Part shown: positions 38,492 to 52,529 of the stretch, one piece after another | Layout: each line of letters starts with the position of its first letter | Numbering within the stretch: position 1 is the first letter of the stretch | Assembly (NCBI RefSeq): GCF_963921235.1 | Contig: NC_086112.1 | Span: 35,030,001-35,094,000, forward strand | Length of the DNA stretch: 64,000 bases | DNA from: Mobula hypostoma | Taxonomy: Eukaryota | Direction: 5' to 3' | The notes under the pieces: model-generated | Database searches by the model: none | Told to the model about the DNA's origin: nothing | What the model saw: the letters and a program-made list of their open reading frames with translations, nothing else | Made by a program: the position numbers and the translations under genes

Positions 38492-39161
38492 ATGGCACCC
38501 TTTAAACTGAAATTATTTGGTTTACTGTACTTTGTACAGGGAATGCCCTACGGATTACAGTCCAGTTTACTCCCAATCTACCTGCGAACATCTGGACTCA
38601 CATTTACAAAAATTAGCTTGACCAAGTTGTTGTATTTTCCCTGGTTGCTGAAGATACTATGGGCTCCATTTGTGGATCAATATGGAACAAAACGGAAATG
38701 GCTGTTGTGCAGCATGTTTGGACTGTTTTTATGCTGCTTAGTAATGTCTAGACTGACTGCAGCTATGGACTTCCCAGCAATGGCTTTCATCTTGCTCCTG
38801 ATGAACTTCTTTGCTTCAGTTCAAGATATTGCTGTAGATGGCATTGCAGTTCATTTGCTTAGCAGTGAGGATATTGGCTATGGCAATACCATCCAAGTTG
38901 TGGCTTATAAAATGGGCTCTCTTCTTGCAGGAGCAGGGCTTTTAACGGTGATGGACTATATTGGCTGGAATACGGTTTTCGTAGTATTCTGTTTTGCCTA
39001 TGTTATAGCTATCATTATTTCCTATTTCACACCTGAACTAGAAGATACTTCTGAAGCAAAAAACAGATTATTTGTGCTGAAACCCTGCAAAATATTAGGA
39101 GAAGTCCTTAAAGTGCCTGGAACAATTTGGAATCTAATTTATGTCATCATCTACAAATTAG
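38492..39161 (+). CDS. MFSD3: Major facilitator superfamily domain-containing protein 3 (AmpG/SLC33-like), first coding exon; remainder not found in window
   Basis: LYFVQGMPYGLQS, YFPWLLKILWAPFVD, FASVQDIAVDG and IQVVAYKMGS motifs; exon ends YKL-G|GTGAGT (phase 1). Confidence 0.9.
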
Positions 39162-39957
39162 GTGAGTGTATTATGCATAATTATACGTAAGTAATGATTT
39201 TTGAATTCTACTGAAAATCCTTGCCTGGAAGTGATTCCTTTGTCTTTGCTTTAGAATCAAGTTAGCACATTTCCTTTGTTTTCAAAAATCATTCCATTAA
39301 TTTAGAAGATCTTCAAGCTGAAATGTTTGCTTTGATGCTACCTGATCTGCTGAGTATTGTGTTTTTTCATAGTTATTCATGGAAGGAGGTTGTTTAACCT
39401 GATAAACTGGAAAGTGTACAGAGGAAATTTACAAGAATGTTGGCTCAACTCAGGGCACTGAGTTATGAGAGAGGTTGAGAACGTTGGGACTTCTTTCATT
39501 AAATGGCAGGAGGATGGGTTGGAGCAATTTGAAAGGGAATAGTCAGGGTGAAACTGCAGAGACCTTTACCTACCGTTGGGAATCAAAATCTTAAGGGCAT
39601 AGGTTTAAAGTGAGGGACAACTTTTTCCACACAGAGTGGGAATAAGCTGCCTGAGGAAATGATTAAATCAGGTACTTTGACAACACTTAAAAGATACTTG
39701 GACAGGTATACATTTTTTTTAAACTGTTATAGTATGGTTAGGAAAAGTTTAGTGGGATTTGGGCAGATAGGACTAACAGATGAGAAACTTGGGTGGCATG
39801 GACCAGTTAGGCCAAAGGGCCTGTTTCAATGTTGTGTGACTCTATGTTGGGTGTCATCAGTCCCAATATTTCCCTGGAAAATATTCTCTTTCACATCCCT
39901 GATACTCCCATCCCCCATCTTCCTATCTCCCTCCCCCCTCCAGCTCCCTTCCTCCTC

Positions 39958-40008
39958 AACACACGCGTGCTCGTGCGCGCGCGTGCACACACACACACAC
40001 ACACACAC
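39958..40008. repeat. (CG)/(CA) alternating purine-pyrimidine microsatellite
   Basis: acacacgcgtgctcgtgcgcgcgcgtg followed by (CA)n. Confidence 0.9.
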
Positions 40009-41269
40009 CTGATTTTACAGATTTTACATTTTGGGTTGCTGAAACAATATTCCTTTTGACTATTGTTCTGTTTTCATCCTTTAATAACAATGCCACCTTC
40101 CTTCCTTCCCTTTTTTTATCTGCCAATCTAAATATTGAATATTCTCAGACATTCAGCTGCTAGGCTGTGTCACTATTGTCTTATATCCAAAATGCCAATT
40201 TTATTTTATTTGTTTATATCTCTTTGTGCTGTTACTTATCAACTATATTATGAATTCTTTGTACCATCAGATCAGGAATCTTTATAGTTGTCTTTATAAT
40301 ATTTTTGCTGTGGCAATACTTGTCTTAAAAAACCGTCTTTCGTAGCCAAGTTTTATGTATTTGAATGATCTGTCCCTTCCTGACTCAATTTGGTTATCTC
40401 CATGCCAGTCATTTACCTGCACAGCTTCCTCTTTATGCCCCGATCCATGCTTCTGTACCCCTGTTACTGATGGTAGCCTTTTTTCTCTAACTTGCAAGTT
40501 TATTTAGTTTTCCCAGCTAGGGAAGTGGGATTTGAACTGTGCATGTTTTGATGTACATGTGATAAATGAATCTGAATCTAGTTTCTATATAACTGAAACA
40601 GAAATTTGGTTGCTAGACTAGCATAATAACCAAAATGCTGCTGTACTCCTTTTTATTTTATCTGCCAAATCTATGACCACATTAATTTAATTCCTTTTAA
40701 GAACATAAGAAATATAAGCAGAAGTCTGTAGGTTGTTCAACCCATTATACACTACAGCATTAAACAAAATCTTGTTGCTCTTTTACATCTGTCATATGGA
40801 TTTGGTTCCCTTCAGATCAAAACTATTTTAGATCCCGATTTTGTGTACTTTCAGTACTTTGTCTCTATCCCTGTCATGGGCAGAGAATTTCAAGGATCCA
40901 CTATTCTCTGTGTAAAGACATTTATTTTTCTGCTGTCCAGAGTAATTGACCCTTTATGTTGAGAATGCAACATCAAATCCAGGGAAGGGATTATTTATAC
41001 ACTAACGTCAAGGCCCGTAAAGGTTTTGAATGTACATAGAATGGTGAAACATCTGAACAGGCCCTTCGGCACATGATGTTGTGCCTGACTAAGTAAGCTA
41101 ATGACATTTAATTAAACTAATCCCTTCTGCTTTCATATGGTCTATAACTGCCCCATCCATTCACTGTATATTTATGGGCCTCGCCAATGCCTCTATCTTG
41201 TAACTTCAATGTTTTAATCTCTCATGATATTAACATATTTTCTCATGACAAAATAACGTATAAAGATGC

Positions 41270-43313
41270 TATTTGTACAATGGCTGACAGGGGAAGTAAA
41301 GGACAGTATAAAAATAAAAGAGAAGAAGTATAACATAGCAAAGATGAGTGGGAAGCCAGAGGATTGGGAAACTTTTAAAGACCAACAGAAGGTAACTAAA
41401 AAGGCAATATGTGGAGAAAAAATGAGGTATGATGGTAAACTAGCCAAGAATATAAAGGAGGGTAGTAAAAGCTTCTTTAGGTATGTGAAAAGGAAAAAAA
41501 TAATTAAGACCAAAACTGGGCCCTTGAAGAAAGAAACGGGTGAATTTATTATGGGGAACAAGGAAATGGCAGACTGGGTGAACAGGTACTTTGAATCTAT
41601 CTTCACTGGGGAAAACGCAAACAATCTCCTAGATATAATAGTGGCCAAAGGACCTAGGGTAATGGATGAACTGAAGGAAATTTATATTAAGCAGGAAATG
41701 GTGTTGGATAGACTGTTGGGTCTGAAGGCTGATAAGTCCCCGAGACCTGATGGTCTGCATCCCAGGATACTTAAGGAGGTGGTTTTAGAAATTGTGGACA
41801 CATTGGTAATCATTTTCCAATGTTCTATAGATTCAGGATCAGTTCCTGTGGATTGGAGGGTGGCTAATGTTGTCCCACTTTTCAAGAAATGAAGGAGAGA
41901 GAAAACAGGGAATTATAGACCAGTTAGCCTGACGTCAGTGGTGGGAAAGATGCTGGAGTCAATTATAAAAGACGAAATTACGACACATTTGGATAACAGT
42001 AATAGGATAGGTCCAAGTCAGCATGGATTTACGAAGGGGAAATCGTGCTTGACTAGTCTTCTAGAATTTTTTGAGGATGTAACTATGAAAATGGACAAGG
42101 GAGAGCCAGTGGATGTAGCGTACCTGGACTTTCATAAAGCCTTTGATACAGTCCCACGTAGGAGATTAGTGGGCAAAATTAGGGCACATGGTATTGGGGG
42201 CAGAGTACTGACATAATTGAAAATTGGCTGGCTGACAGGAAACAAAGAGTAGCAATTAACAGGTCCCTTTCGGAATGGCAGGCGGTGACCAGTGGGGTAC
42301 CGCAGGGTTCAGTGCTGGGTCTGCAGCTGTTTACAACATACATTAATGATTTAGATGAAGGGATTAAAAGTTACATTAGCAAATTTGCAGATGACACAAA
42401 GCTGGGTGGCAGTGTGAAATGTGAGGAGGATGTTACGAGAATGCAGGGTGACTTGGACAGGCTGGGTGAGTGGGCGGATGCATGGCAGATGCAGTTGAAT
42501 GTGGATAAATGTGAGGTTATCCACTTTGGTGGCAAGAACAGGAAGGCAGATTACTATCTGAATGGCGTCAAGTTAGGAAAAGGGAAAAGTACAACAAGAT
42601 CTAGGTGTTCTTGTACATCAGTCACTGAAAGCAAGCATGCAGGTACAGCAGACAGTGAAGAAAGCTAATGGCATGCTGGCCTTCATAACAAGGGGAATTG
42701 AGTATAGGAGCAAAGAGGTCCTTCTGCAGCTGTACAGGGCCCTGGTGAGACCACACCTGGAGTATTGTGTGCAGTTTTGGTCTCCAAATTTGAGGAAGGG
42801 CATTCTTGCTATTGAGGGAGTGCAGCGTAGGTTCACAACATTAACTCCTGGGATGGCGCGACTGTCATATGTTGAAAGATTGGAGTGGCTGGGCTCGTAT
42901 ACACTGGAATTTAGAAGGATGAGAGGGGACCTGATTGAAACATATAAGATTGTTAAGGGATTGGACACGCTGGAGGCAGGAAGCATGTTCCCACTGATGG
43001 GTGAGTCCAGAACCAGAAGCCATAGTTTAAGAATAAGGGGTAGGCCATTTAGAACGGAGTTGAGGAAAAACTTTTTCACCCAGAGAGTGGTGGGTATGTG
43101 GAATGCTGTGCCCCAGAAGGCTGTGGAGGCTAAGTCTCTGGATGCTTTCAAGAAAGAGATGGATAGAGCTCTTAAAGATAGCGGAATCAAAGGTTATGGG
43201 GATAAGGCAGGAACTGAATACTGATTGTGGATGATCAGCCATGATCACAGTGAATGGCGGTGCTGGCTCGAAGAGCCGAATGGCCTACTCCTGCACCTAT
43301 TGTCTATTGTCTA
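41270..43313 (+). mobile_element. CR1 LINE, about 2 kb, 5'-truncated, with full RT domain; inactive
   Basis: ORFs 41266..43224: PDGLHPRILKE, QHGFTKGKSCLT, YLDFHKAFD, SGVPQGSVLG, FADDTK; stops at 41890 and 42214, frameshift near 42585; (ctattgt)n tail. Confidence 0.95.
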
Positions 43314-45072
43314 TAATGGCCCTTCAATTCTGTGCTGGCTCTCATCAGTCCCATTGTTTCCCTGTAACCTATTTTTGGTTGCATCTTCATCAAATCAACT
43401 TTCCCTGGTTCTCCTGCAACCTTACCCCCTTCTCATATACCCACATATAGGTTTAATAGGTTCAATTTAATGTCAGAGAAATGTATACAATACACATCCT
43501 GAAATTCTTTTTCTTCGCCATCATCTACGAAAACAGAGGAGTGCCTCAAAGAATGAATGACAGTTATATGTTAGAACCTCAAAGCCCCCTCTATGCATAT
43601 GCAGCAGCAAAGCGACGAACCCCCTCTCCCCTATCAAACACTCAGCGTGCAGCAAAGCATCAATAAAGTTACAGACTTGCAGTACCCCAAAGACTACTTA
43701 TTCACCCGGTAATTTGACATACCACAGGCTCTCTTTCTCTCTCTCCCTAATAAGGGAAAAGAGGTGTCGCCGTTTCACAGCGAGAGGGGAGACATAACAA
43801 AACAACTTGCCGATTTATGTGTCACTTTTTCAGAACTCTGTACCCAAAGATCTTAGGTTTCTGGGCACACAACCAGCAGCCAGCTCGTTGCTTACAATCT
43901 TCCGTCTCTCACGACACACCAGTTTTTTGTAGGCACTGACCTTAAATCTGCCCACCTCCAGAGCCACGAAAATCTGGCACCCTGAAGGTGCGCTGGTCTT
44001 CTAGGCTGTGTCCTTGGCATATCGAGAAATGGCTGGTCGTGAGACCCCCAAGAACGGGTCCCATTCCCGCAAAGAACGTAAGTTAGCATGTAACTCCAGG
44101 TCAGAGTCTTCAAAAGAACCCTAAAAAAGAAAAAAAGAGATATTGAATATAGAAATAGAGCTGTTTCCAAAGATGCAAGCAAAAGAGTCGCTGTTGGGTG
44201 CCATTATCCTAAGCTCTGGCCTCGATATCTTTTATGCCTACATTTAATCTAATTTATAGTTAGATTAAAGATTAGCTTTACTTGTTACTTGTACATTGAA
44301 ACATGCAGTGAAATATAGTGTTTGCATCGATGACCAACGCAATCTGTGATGTGCTTTTGGCAGCCCACAAGTATTGCCATGCTTAGGGTGCTAATATAGC
44401 ACGCCCGCAACTTTCTAATGCTTAACCCATAAGTCTTTGGAATGTGGGAAGAAACTGAGCACCCAGAAGAAACTCTCATGGGGAGAACATACAAGCTCCT
44501 TACAAACTGGCGGGAATTGAACCCTGATCTTATAGTTGGCACTGTAAGACATATTGCTAACCACAACAACACTGTGCTGCCTTATTGCTCTACTGACAGA
44601 TCCTCTGGAAATCAGAACACCTCAGGGAAACCTCACAGCTACAGGAAAACATAATGCAAATTCTATACTGACAGCAACAGAATTTAGGATTGAACATTGG
44701 TTCTGCTAGGGTGATCAACTCTGTCCCTATGCCATCCTCTCCTCTTTTCCTCTTAAACTGAAGAGATTATAAACCCACTTCTATGATTATTGTTCATGTA
44801 ATCTTTATCTGTTTAACTTTTCCTCTTAGGACAATGATTCTATCTCTGGAATTAATCTGGTGAACCTCTGGGGTACTCCCTTCGTTACTATGTCTTCCCT
44901 CAGGTCGCGGGTCCAGACCAGAGCCATGCACAGTGTTTCTGATGTTATCTTTACAAGTGTTACAAGGTTTATTTGCTCTTGCACTTGAATTCTCTTGCAA
45001 TAATTGCCAACTACTTGGGGAATAGGCCTGTATGCTATTTGCCTTCCTCAATGCTTGTTGCTTGTGTATATT

Positions 45073-45405
45073 ATAGTCATAGTCATAGTCATACTTTATT
45101 GATCCCATAGGAAATTGGTTTTCTTTACAGTTGCATCATAAATAATTAAATAGTAATAAAACCATAAATAGTTAGATAGTAATATGTAAATTATGCCAGG
45201 AAATAAGTCCAGGACCAGCCTATTGGCTCAGGGTGTCTGACCCTCCAAGGGAGGAGTTGTAAAGTTTGATGGCCACAGGCAGGAATGACTTCCTATGACG
45301 CTCTGTGCTGCATCTCGGTGGAATGAGTCTCTGGCTGAATGTACTCCTGTGCCCAACCAGTACATTATGTAGTGGATGGGAGACATTGTCCAAGATGGCA
45401 TGCAA
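45073..45405 (-). mobile_element. L2/Rex-like LINE 3' end with (GACTAT)n tail
   Basis: ORF 45220..45405 HPLH..TERHRKSFLPVAIKLYN. Confidence 0.85.
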
Positions 45406-45696
45406 CTTTTAGTATTTTTTAGTATCTTCTGCTTGAAGACAGGGTCCCTCTGAAAAGCAAAAGGTTTCAGAATCACACCATTTAAAAATAAATAAAATTT
45501 AATTTTCTACCAAGGTCAAGCATATCACTTCCCATTTCTCCACTCTATTTTCTATCTGCCATTCTCCTAACCTTTCCCACCATTTGTGTATCTATTTACT
45601 TCATTAAAACAATCCAATCATTGCCTTCAACTAACTGTCTCTCCTTTATTAATCTGAGCTTCTATTACTGTTTTGTTTCTAAAAACTTCCTGCCCC

Positions 45697-46220
45697 TGTC
45701 GTGGTTTTACAAATGACCAGGAGACGCAGAAGATTCTTCAAGAAGTTTTTAAACTTTAATTTGCAAATCAAAGCTGAGACAGTCAGTGAGCTAGCCGCTG
45801 AATGCCCGCCGATCTTTTGTACACAGCGTTCTTTATAGCCCTTTTCTGGCTTAACTGCATTAGCATACTGCTGTATGTTTCACTCTAGCTATTATCTTTC
45901 TACTTGGTTACGTTCTCTTTCTCATGGGGTCAATAATACACTGGTTTCATTCCGGCTAGTAAATCAACCACCCTTATCTTTCTACTTGGTCACATTCTCT
46001 TTCTCATGGGGTCAATAGTACACGGTTTTCATTCTAGCTAATAAATCAATGGTTACATAGTAAGTACCGTAGGAATCCCCTGCGTACTCAATAACGAACA
46101 CTTAATGCGTAGTAAAGGCATAGTAAACACCTGAGTAAACACTTGATATGTAGTAAATGCACGCTTGAATAAATACCTAGAAAACAGTGGTTTCAATATA
46201 GTTTATAATGTTTTCCAATA
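45697..46220 (-). mobile_element. Probable solo LTR
   Basis: TG start; CCCC on both flanks (4-bp TSD); minus-strand TATA-like CTATAAAG and ATTAAA; internal tandem repeat at about 45890-46050. Confidence 0.6.
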
Positions 46221-48702
46221 CCCCACAACTAACTTACTAGTAGTAGTTGGGTACGTCCCTGAATTCTGTTTTCAAGAGAGTGTTACATTTACCATTCTCC
46301 AGTCCGATACCATTTTCACTCTATCTTAAGATTGGAAGATTCAGGCTAGAACTACTGTAGCCTTGCTACCAGCTCTCTTAGTAATGTTGGATCCATCCCA
46401 TATCGACTTTTTATTTTAAACATAACGTATCTTTCTAGTTTCTTTCGATCAATTTTTAATGTGGATGTATTTGAAATTAAAAATTAGGATAGATATTGTA
46501 GTTTTAAAATGTTAATTAGCGTTGACATGGTGATATTATTATTTCTATCTTCAATCGCAGCTCATCTCTGTTATGTGATCTTGAGTCCCTGTGTGCACTC
46601 AGTAAATTAAGAAATTCAAGCTGTGCATACATAATGTTTAACTCAACGTATTCTTGTGGATGAGCTGCAAAGGGATTAATTACTCAATATATCTGCTTTC
46701 TTAAAGTAAATGTTGTTCTGATAAAGGTCTATCAAATTTCTACTCTTTCATTTAGTTATATGCTGCCCGTAAGTTTTCTCACTGCTGAGTAATCTTTGTG
46801 ATTCACCAACCATGTAACATTTAAAAAATCTGTTCCAGATATTCTCTCCTTGCATACTGCAAAATACTCCTTCCAAGTTTGGTGATGATGGAGCAATTGC
46901 AGTAATTTCTGATCCACCTCATTCCATTAAACCAAACGTAAAACTGATCAGAAAGTACATGTAAATAATTCAGCAATTATGAATTAGTCACACTCGTTTT
47001 CAGTGAGTATAGAGTGGCTTTTATCTTGCACATTCTGACACACCAGTCAAAGCTCATGTATTTCCCAACTTTTGGGAACACCTCTGTCACAGTTCATTGC
47101 TCATGTGATCATGAACTGAGCAATACATGTCAGAACATGCACAGAAACCTCACTATGCCCTCGATTGCTCTGCTGCCTTTGGCAGTATGGAGTATTTTTT
47201 CTGCTAAGTTATTGAGGGATGGGATTTAAAATGTGACTAATATTTTTTTTAAAAAGTGGATTCAAATAGAAATGCTTGTGGAGAGAGCATTAGCTTATAT
47301 AATAGTAGCCAATGCAAAATTGTGTATCTCATTTCAAAAGTAATTTGAAAGTAGGTGTGAAAGTAAATCTGATCTTCTCTTGAAAATGGATTTGCGGTGA
47401 ACTACTGTAGTTATTAAATATATCCATTGAGTCAATCTTGTTGATTTTAGAAATGTTATTTACTGATATAATTAATAGCAGTGTTAATTCATTTACCAAC
47501 CTTATATAAAGGAGACAAGATGCTGGAATCTAGAGCAAAAAACAAAATGCTGGAAGAACTCAGCGAGTCAGACAACATCTGTGGTCAAGTCAAGATCTAG
47601 ACTTGGACCACAGCAGATGAAGAATCTTGATCCAAGTACTGACCTTTCCCAAATACTGCTTCACCAGCTGAGTTCCTCCTGCAATTCGTTGTTTGCAACC
47701 TTATAAAAAGAAAACTGCAACCATAATAATGATGAAGACTAAACAGGCTGTAGTTGGAGAACAGATTCATGGCTTTGTTTCCCCAAGAGGTGTGTCTTCT
47801 CCAATCAAAAAATTTTAAGTTCTGGGGCTCTTAAGTGCAACTGTTCCCTTCTTGGACAGTAACTGGTCAGGATGCACCCTCTAGAGGAACATATGAGAAG
47901 TACACATAGAAAGATGTAATTTCTCATCAATAAAAATAATCACAAATCCTAATTCCGTACAATGTCAGGAGTCCACTTCCCATTCCAATAATCTAGGGTG
48001 GATACAAATAAAAAAAAGTTATGCTTGCTGGAACTTAACGTTATCAACAGATGCATGAGTCCTTGCCTTGTAAACGGATAATAAAGTCGTAGGCTATCCT
48101 GAATTTATTCCCAAATTGTGTTAAAATCTAGAGAGGTGAGAGGTGAGCAGCTTTCATAGAGAACTAGCTACTGATCCAATAAAAGCATGCATTTTCATTC
48201 ATTACCCCTTTGAAAATTTCCAAACTGAAATGGTTTTCCCTGCAGAGAAAATGTTTATGATAGGCAATGTGCAGAAAGCTTAAAAGTTGTGGATTTGCTT
48301 AAAGTGGTGTACTTCTAACATTTCTGGTTCTGATGGAAGGTCATTGTCTGCTCCTCTGCAGGTACTGCTTGACCTACATTGTGTATATAGTGCGTTGTTT
48401 TCATTTTATATATTCTAGAGCTAACAACAATATGCAAGGTTAGGCATTTTATTTGAGTTCAGCAGTTTATCAGTATTGCACTTTGTATCTTTCTAACACT
48501 TGCATTTAATGTTTGGTTCATTATTACAGTTTCTGCAGCATGATGAATTTGACTTTTTTAAAAAACAGACCATGGTTCTGAAGTTGGTTATCTTTTATTA
48601 GGTTGTTCATTGCTTCATTCTAAGTTAGATTATACATTTATAATTTCTAAGTGTGTTGCTGTGGTGATTAACACTATATTTACATGTTTTATTTACCTAT
48701 GG

Positions 48703-51700
48703 CAGGGGTCCCCCAATCTTTTTTTGCACCGTGGATCAGTTTAATATTGACAATATTCTTGCGGACCAGCCGACCGGGGGGTTGGGGGGTGGTGTTCGAG
48801 TAGGGTTAAACTCACCTCAACATGTCTTTTGCAGTTAGGGTTGCCAACTTTCTCACTGCCAAATAAGGGACAAAAGTAGCAGTTAAATACAGGACAGTGT
48901 TTACCCTGAGAAAGACTACCATGTGTGTACCACTTGTGTGCGCATGTGCCGATTTTTTTCCTCAAATCGGTTTTGGCTTAATCTTCCCGACTACACTGTA
49001 CATACATTATTTCTACTTTATATAGGCTGTGTATTTATTGTATCATTCCTGCTTTTACTATATGTTAGTGTTATTTTAGGTTTTATGTGTTACAGGTGTC
49101 CCCCATTTTTCGAACGTTCGCTTTACAACACCTCGCTGTTACAAAAGACCTGCATTAGTTCCCTGTTTTCGCTAACAGAAGATGTTTTCACTGTTAGGAA
49201 AAAAGGCAACCCGTGCCCAAGCAGCCAAGCTCCTCCCCCGGAACTGCATTCTAGCCGCCATTGCTTAAACACGTGCTTTATCTCGATTTATTTTGTGCAT
49301 CCGTTAGCAAGATGAGTTCCAAGGTATCGGAAAAGCCGAAAAGAGCTCGTAAGGGTGTTACGCTTAGTGTAAAACTAGACATAATTAAGCGTTTCGATCA
49401 TGGTGAACGAAGTAAGGACATTGTCCGCGCGTTGAACTTGCCTGCATCCACTATTCGCACTATCTATGCGCAGAGAGAAAGAATCTTTAAAGCTGCTGGT
49501 GTTACTGTTGGTTCTGCTCGTAGCAAAGTGGTCTCTCTTAGTTGGCATCCAATAATGGATAACATGGAAAGTCTACTGCTTGAGTGGATTGATGGGTGTA
49601 CAAAGCGTGGTGTTCCGTTAAGTTTTCTTATACTTGAGAAATCAGTCAGTCTTTTTAATAAGCTGAAACAGAAAGCACTGGCTGATGGTGATGAACGTAT
49701 TGTGAAAGTGGAATTTAAAGGTAGTCATGGATGGTTTGATCGGTTTCTGAGGCGAGGACAGCTTCATAGTTTAATGTTTACTGGAGCGAGTGCTTCGGCT
49801 GATACTGAAGCTGCCCAAAAGTTCCCAGCAGAACTGAAGAATATCATTACAGAAGGTGGTTATTCGTATAAGCAAGTGTTTAACTGTGATGTAACTGCAA
49901 TTTTTTGGAAAAAAATTGCTGAGTAAGACATTTATTTCGAAAGAAGAAAAGCAGGCTAAGGGACACAAGGCATCGAAGGACAGGTTTACCCTAATGCCTA
50001 TTATTAACGCCACTGGTGATGCTGTCCTTAAGCCTCTACTAGTGTACCATTCAGAAAATCTGAAGGCACTTAAAGACGTTGATAAGAAAACACTTCCTGT
50101 TGTGTTCCGTTCACATCCAAGCAGTTGGAATACCCGAATGCTTTTTTCTGAGTACATGAGCGATATGTTAGTCCTTTTGTTGAAAAATACTGTAGAGAAA
50201 ATACACCTCGATAATAGGTGTCTTGTGATTGTCGATAATTGTGGTGCTCATCCGCCTGGCATTACCGAGTATGGCGATAACATTCATGTTGCGTTCTTAC
50301 CGCTGAATACGACATCGTTGCTGCAGCCGTGCGACAAAGGCCGAATAGCCACAATTAAGACTTACTATACACAAAATGTGATGCATTTTATTGTAAGTGC
50401 CATTGACAGAGAGGGCAACTCCGAAGCATCTTTGCGAGAGATCTGAAAAGACTACAATATAAAATTGGCAATCGCCAACATTGGAGATGCTCTCGATAGG
50501 CTAACAGTCTCGATGAGAAATGGCTTTTGGAGGAAACTCTGTCCCGAAGCAGTGAACAATTTTAAAGGCATCGAACCATCAACAATAAATACGGCAATAG
50601 TGAGCTTGGCTAAGGAGGCTGGGTTTATGGAAGTTGACGAAGATGATGTTGAAGAGGTTTTGGCATCCCATGACCAAGAACTGACAGATGAAGAGCTGAT
50701 GCAATTGCAAGAGGAAAGGATAACAATCGAAACCGAACACAGTAGCGAACGGCCTGAAAGTGAAGTCGTCCAGGAACTGAACGTGAAGCAATTGTGTGAG
50801 ATTTGTGCTGCAATTGACAGTGCTGCAATGATTGCAGAGAAGTATGACTTTAATTTTGAAAGGGTACGTAGGTTTAGGGCAGGTTTGCAGGATGTTTTGA
50901 GTACTTACAAAGAACTGTATGATAGAAAAATGCGCGAGGCTAAGCAGTCAAGCATACTGTCCTTTTTCAAGCCTTGCACATCAGTCACAGCAGACAACGA
51001 ACCTCAACCTTCGACAACAAGGCAGGCAGACATAGAAGAAGGTGACCTACCTGCCCTGATGGAAACAGACAACGATGAGATGACACCCCAGTCTCCTCTA
51101 CCTCCCACCACCCCAACCTCCGACATCTCTGTCTAACACACCATCCCAATTCCCGTAACTGAAACTATACTGTACATGCATTATTTCTACTTTATATAGG
51201 CTGTGTATTTTTGTGTTATTTAGTATGATTTGTTGCTTGGTATGATTTGGCAGCCTCATAGCTTAAAGGTTACTGGAGAGAGTGTTTCTGCCGAGAGCGC
51301 CTGCTCCGACAGCGCTTGCGTGAGATTTTCACTGCGCTAGACAGTGCTTCAGTGATTGCAGAGAAGTATTTCTACTTTATATAGGCTGTGTATTTATCAT
51401 ATCATTCCCACTTTTACTATATGTTACTGTTGTTTTAGGTCTTATGCGTTATTTGGCATGATTTTGTAGGTTTTTTTTGGGTCTGGAAACGCTCAAAAAT
51501 TTTTCTCATATAAATTAATGGTAATTGCTTCACTTTACGCCATTTCGGCACGAAAGGGATCATAGGAACGCTCTACCTTAGCGGTAGAAATACGGGACAA
51601 GGGCAGTCCCATATGGGACAAACCAATTTAGTCCAATGTGCGGGATGTCCCAGCAAATACGGGACAGTTGACAACCCTATGTTCAAATTCAACAGTGCGT

Positions 51701-51809
51701 GACAGGGAATGAGGAAAGGTGCAGCTCACTCATATCGTTTCCTCACGCACTGGTAGCACATGCTTTGTGGCCTGGTACCGGTCCACAGCCCGGCGGTTGG
51801 GGACTGCTG
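48703..51809. mobile_element. hAT-type composite DNA element
   Basis: TIRs CAGGGGTCCCCCAA / TTGGGGACTGCTG; exact 8-bp TSD ACCTATGG (48695-48702 and 51810-51817); inner TIR pair TAGGGTTGCCAACT (48836) / AGTTGACAACCCTA (ending 51679) with GGGACA subterminal repeats. Confidence 0.9.
49312..51136 (+). pseudogene. Tigger/pogo transposase (CENP-B HTH plus DDE_1 domain, DD32D), disrupted
   Basis: MSSKVSEKPKRARKGVTLSVKLDII, FKGSHGWFDRF, FNCDVT, IVDNCGAHP, LLQPCD; frameshift near 49910, paired frameshifts at about 50162 and 50205, TGA at 50444; left TIR TA|CAGGTGTCCCCC at 49093. Confidence 0.92.
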
Positions 51810-52529
51810 ACCTATGGGATAGATGCTAATGTAAAACCTTGTAGACCCGGGTCTCTATCTGAAACACAGCAAATTCTTTGAAGATATGATCAATTACCGT
51901 CTACCAACTAAGATTCTTCAACAATATTTTAACTGGTTCTTTATTCCAATATTTCTTGTGGGATATTGCTGAAAATTGGTAATTGTTTATTTTTGTTACA
52001 TATACTGAGATGCATAGAACTCAAACCTAGAACAGTACAGTGAAGCAGGGGTCCATAATGTTGTGCCACTCTTTTAACCTACTAAATAAATACTGTACTT
52101 GAATAATCTAGCCCTTCCCCCCACCTCCCTGTGCACCCAGTAGCCCTTAATTTTTATTTCATCTATGTGTCTTCTGAAGTGTCTCTATATGTCTCTAATG
52201 TATCAGCCTCTATCATCACCTCTGGCAATATATTCCAGGTACTTACCATGCTGTATTTAAACAAAATCTGACATCTACCCTAAACTTTCCTTCACTAACC
52301 TTAAAAGGATGTCATCTTATATTAACCATTTCTGCCTTGGGAGAAAGATGCTGGCTACACACTCTGTCTATTACTCTTATGATCTTATGCACTTCCATCA
52401 AGTTGTGTCTCATGCTCCAAGGAGAAAAGCCCCAGCTTGCTCAACACATCAAATGTGTTTTCTAATCCAGGCAGGTTCCTGGTCAACTAGACAATGAGAA
52501 CCTCTTGCCCTACATTGGAAACCAGTGGA

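Noticed and set aside
49261-51136. Domesticated TIGD/CENP-B-like host gene
   Set aside because: Frameshifts, an in-frame stop and a retained TIR indicate a decayed transposon
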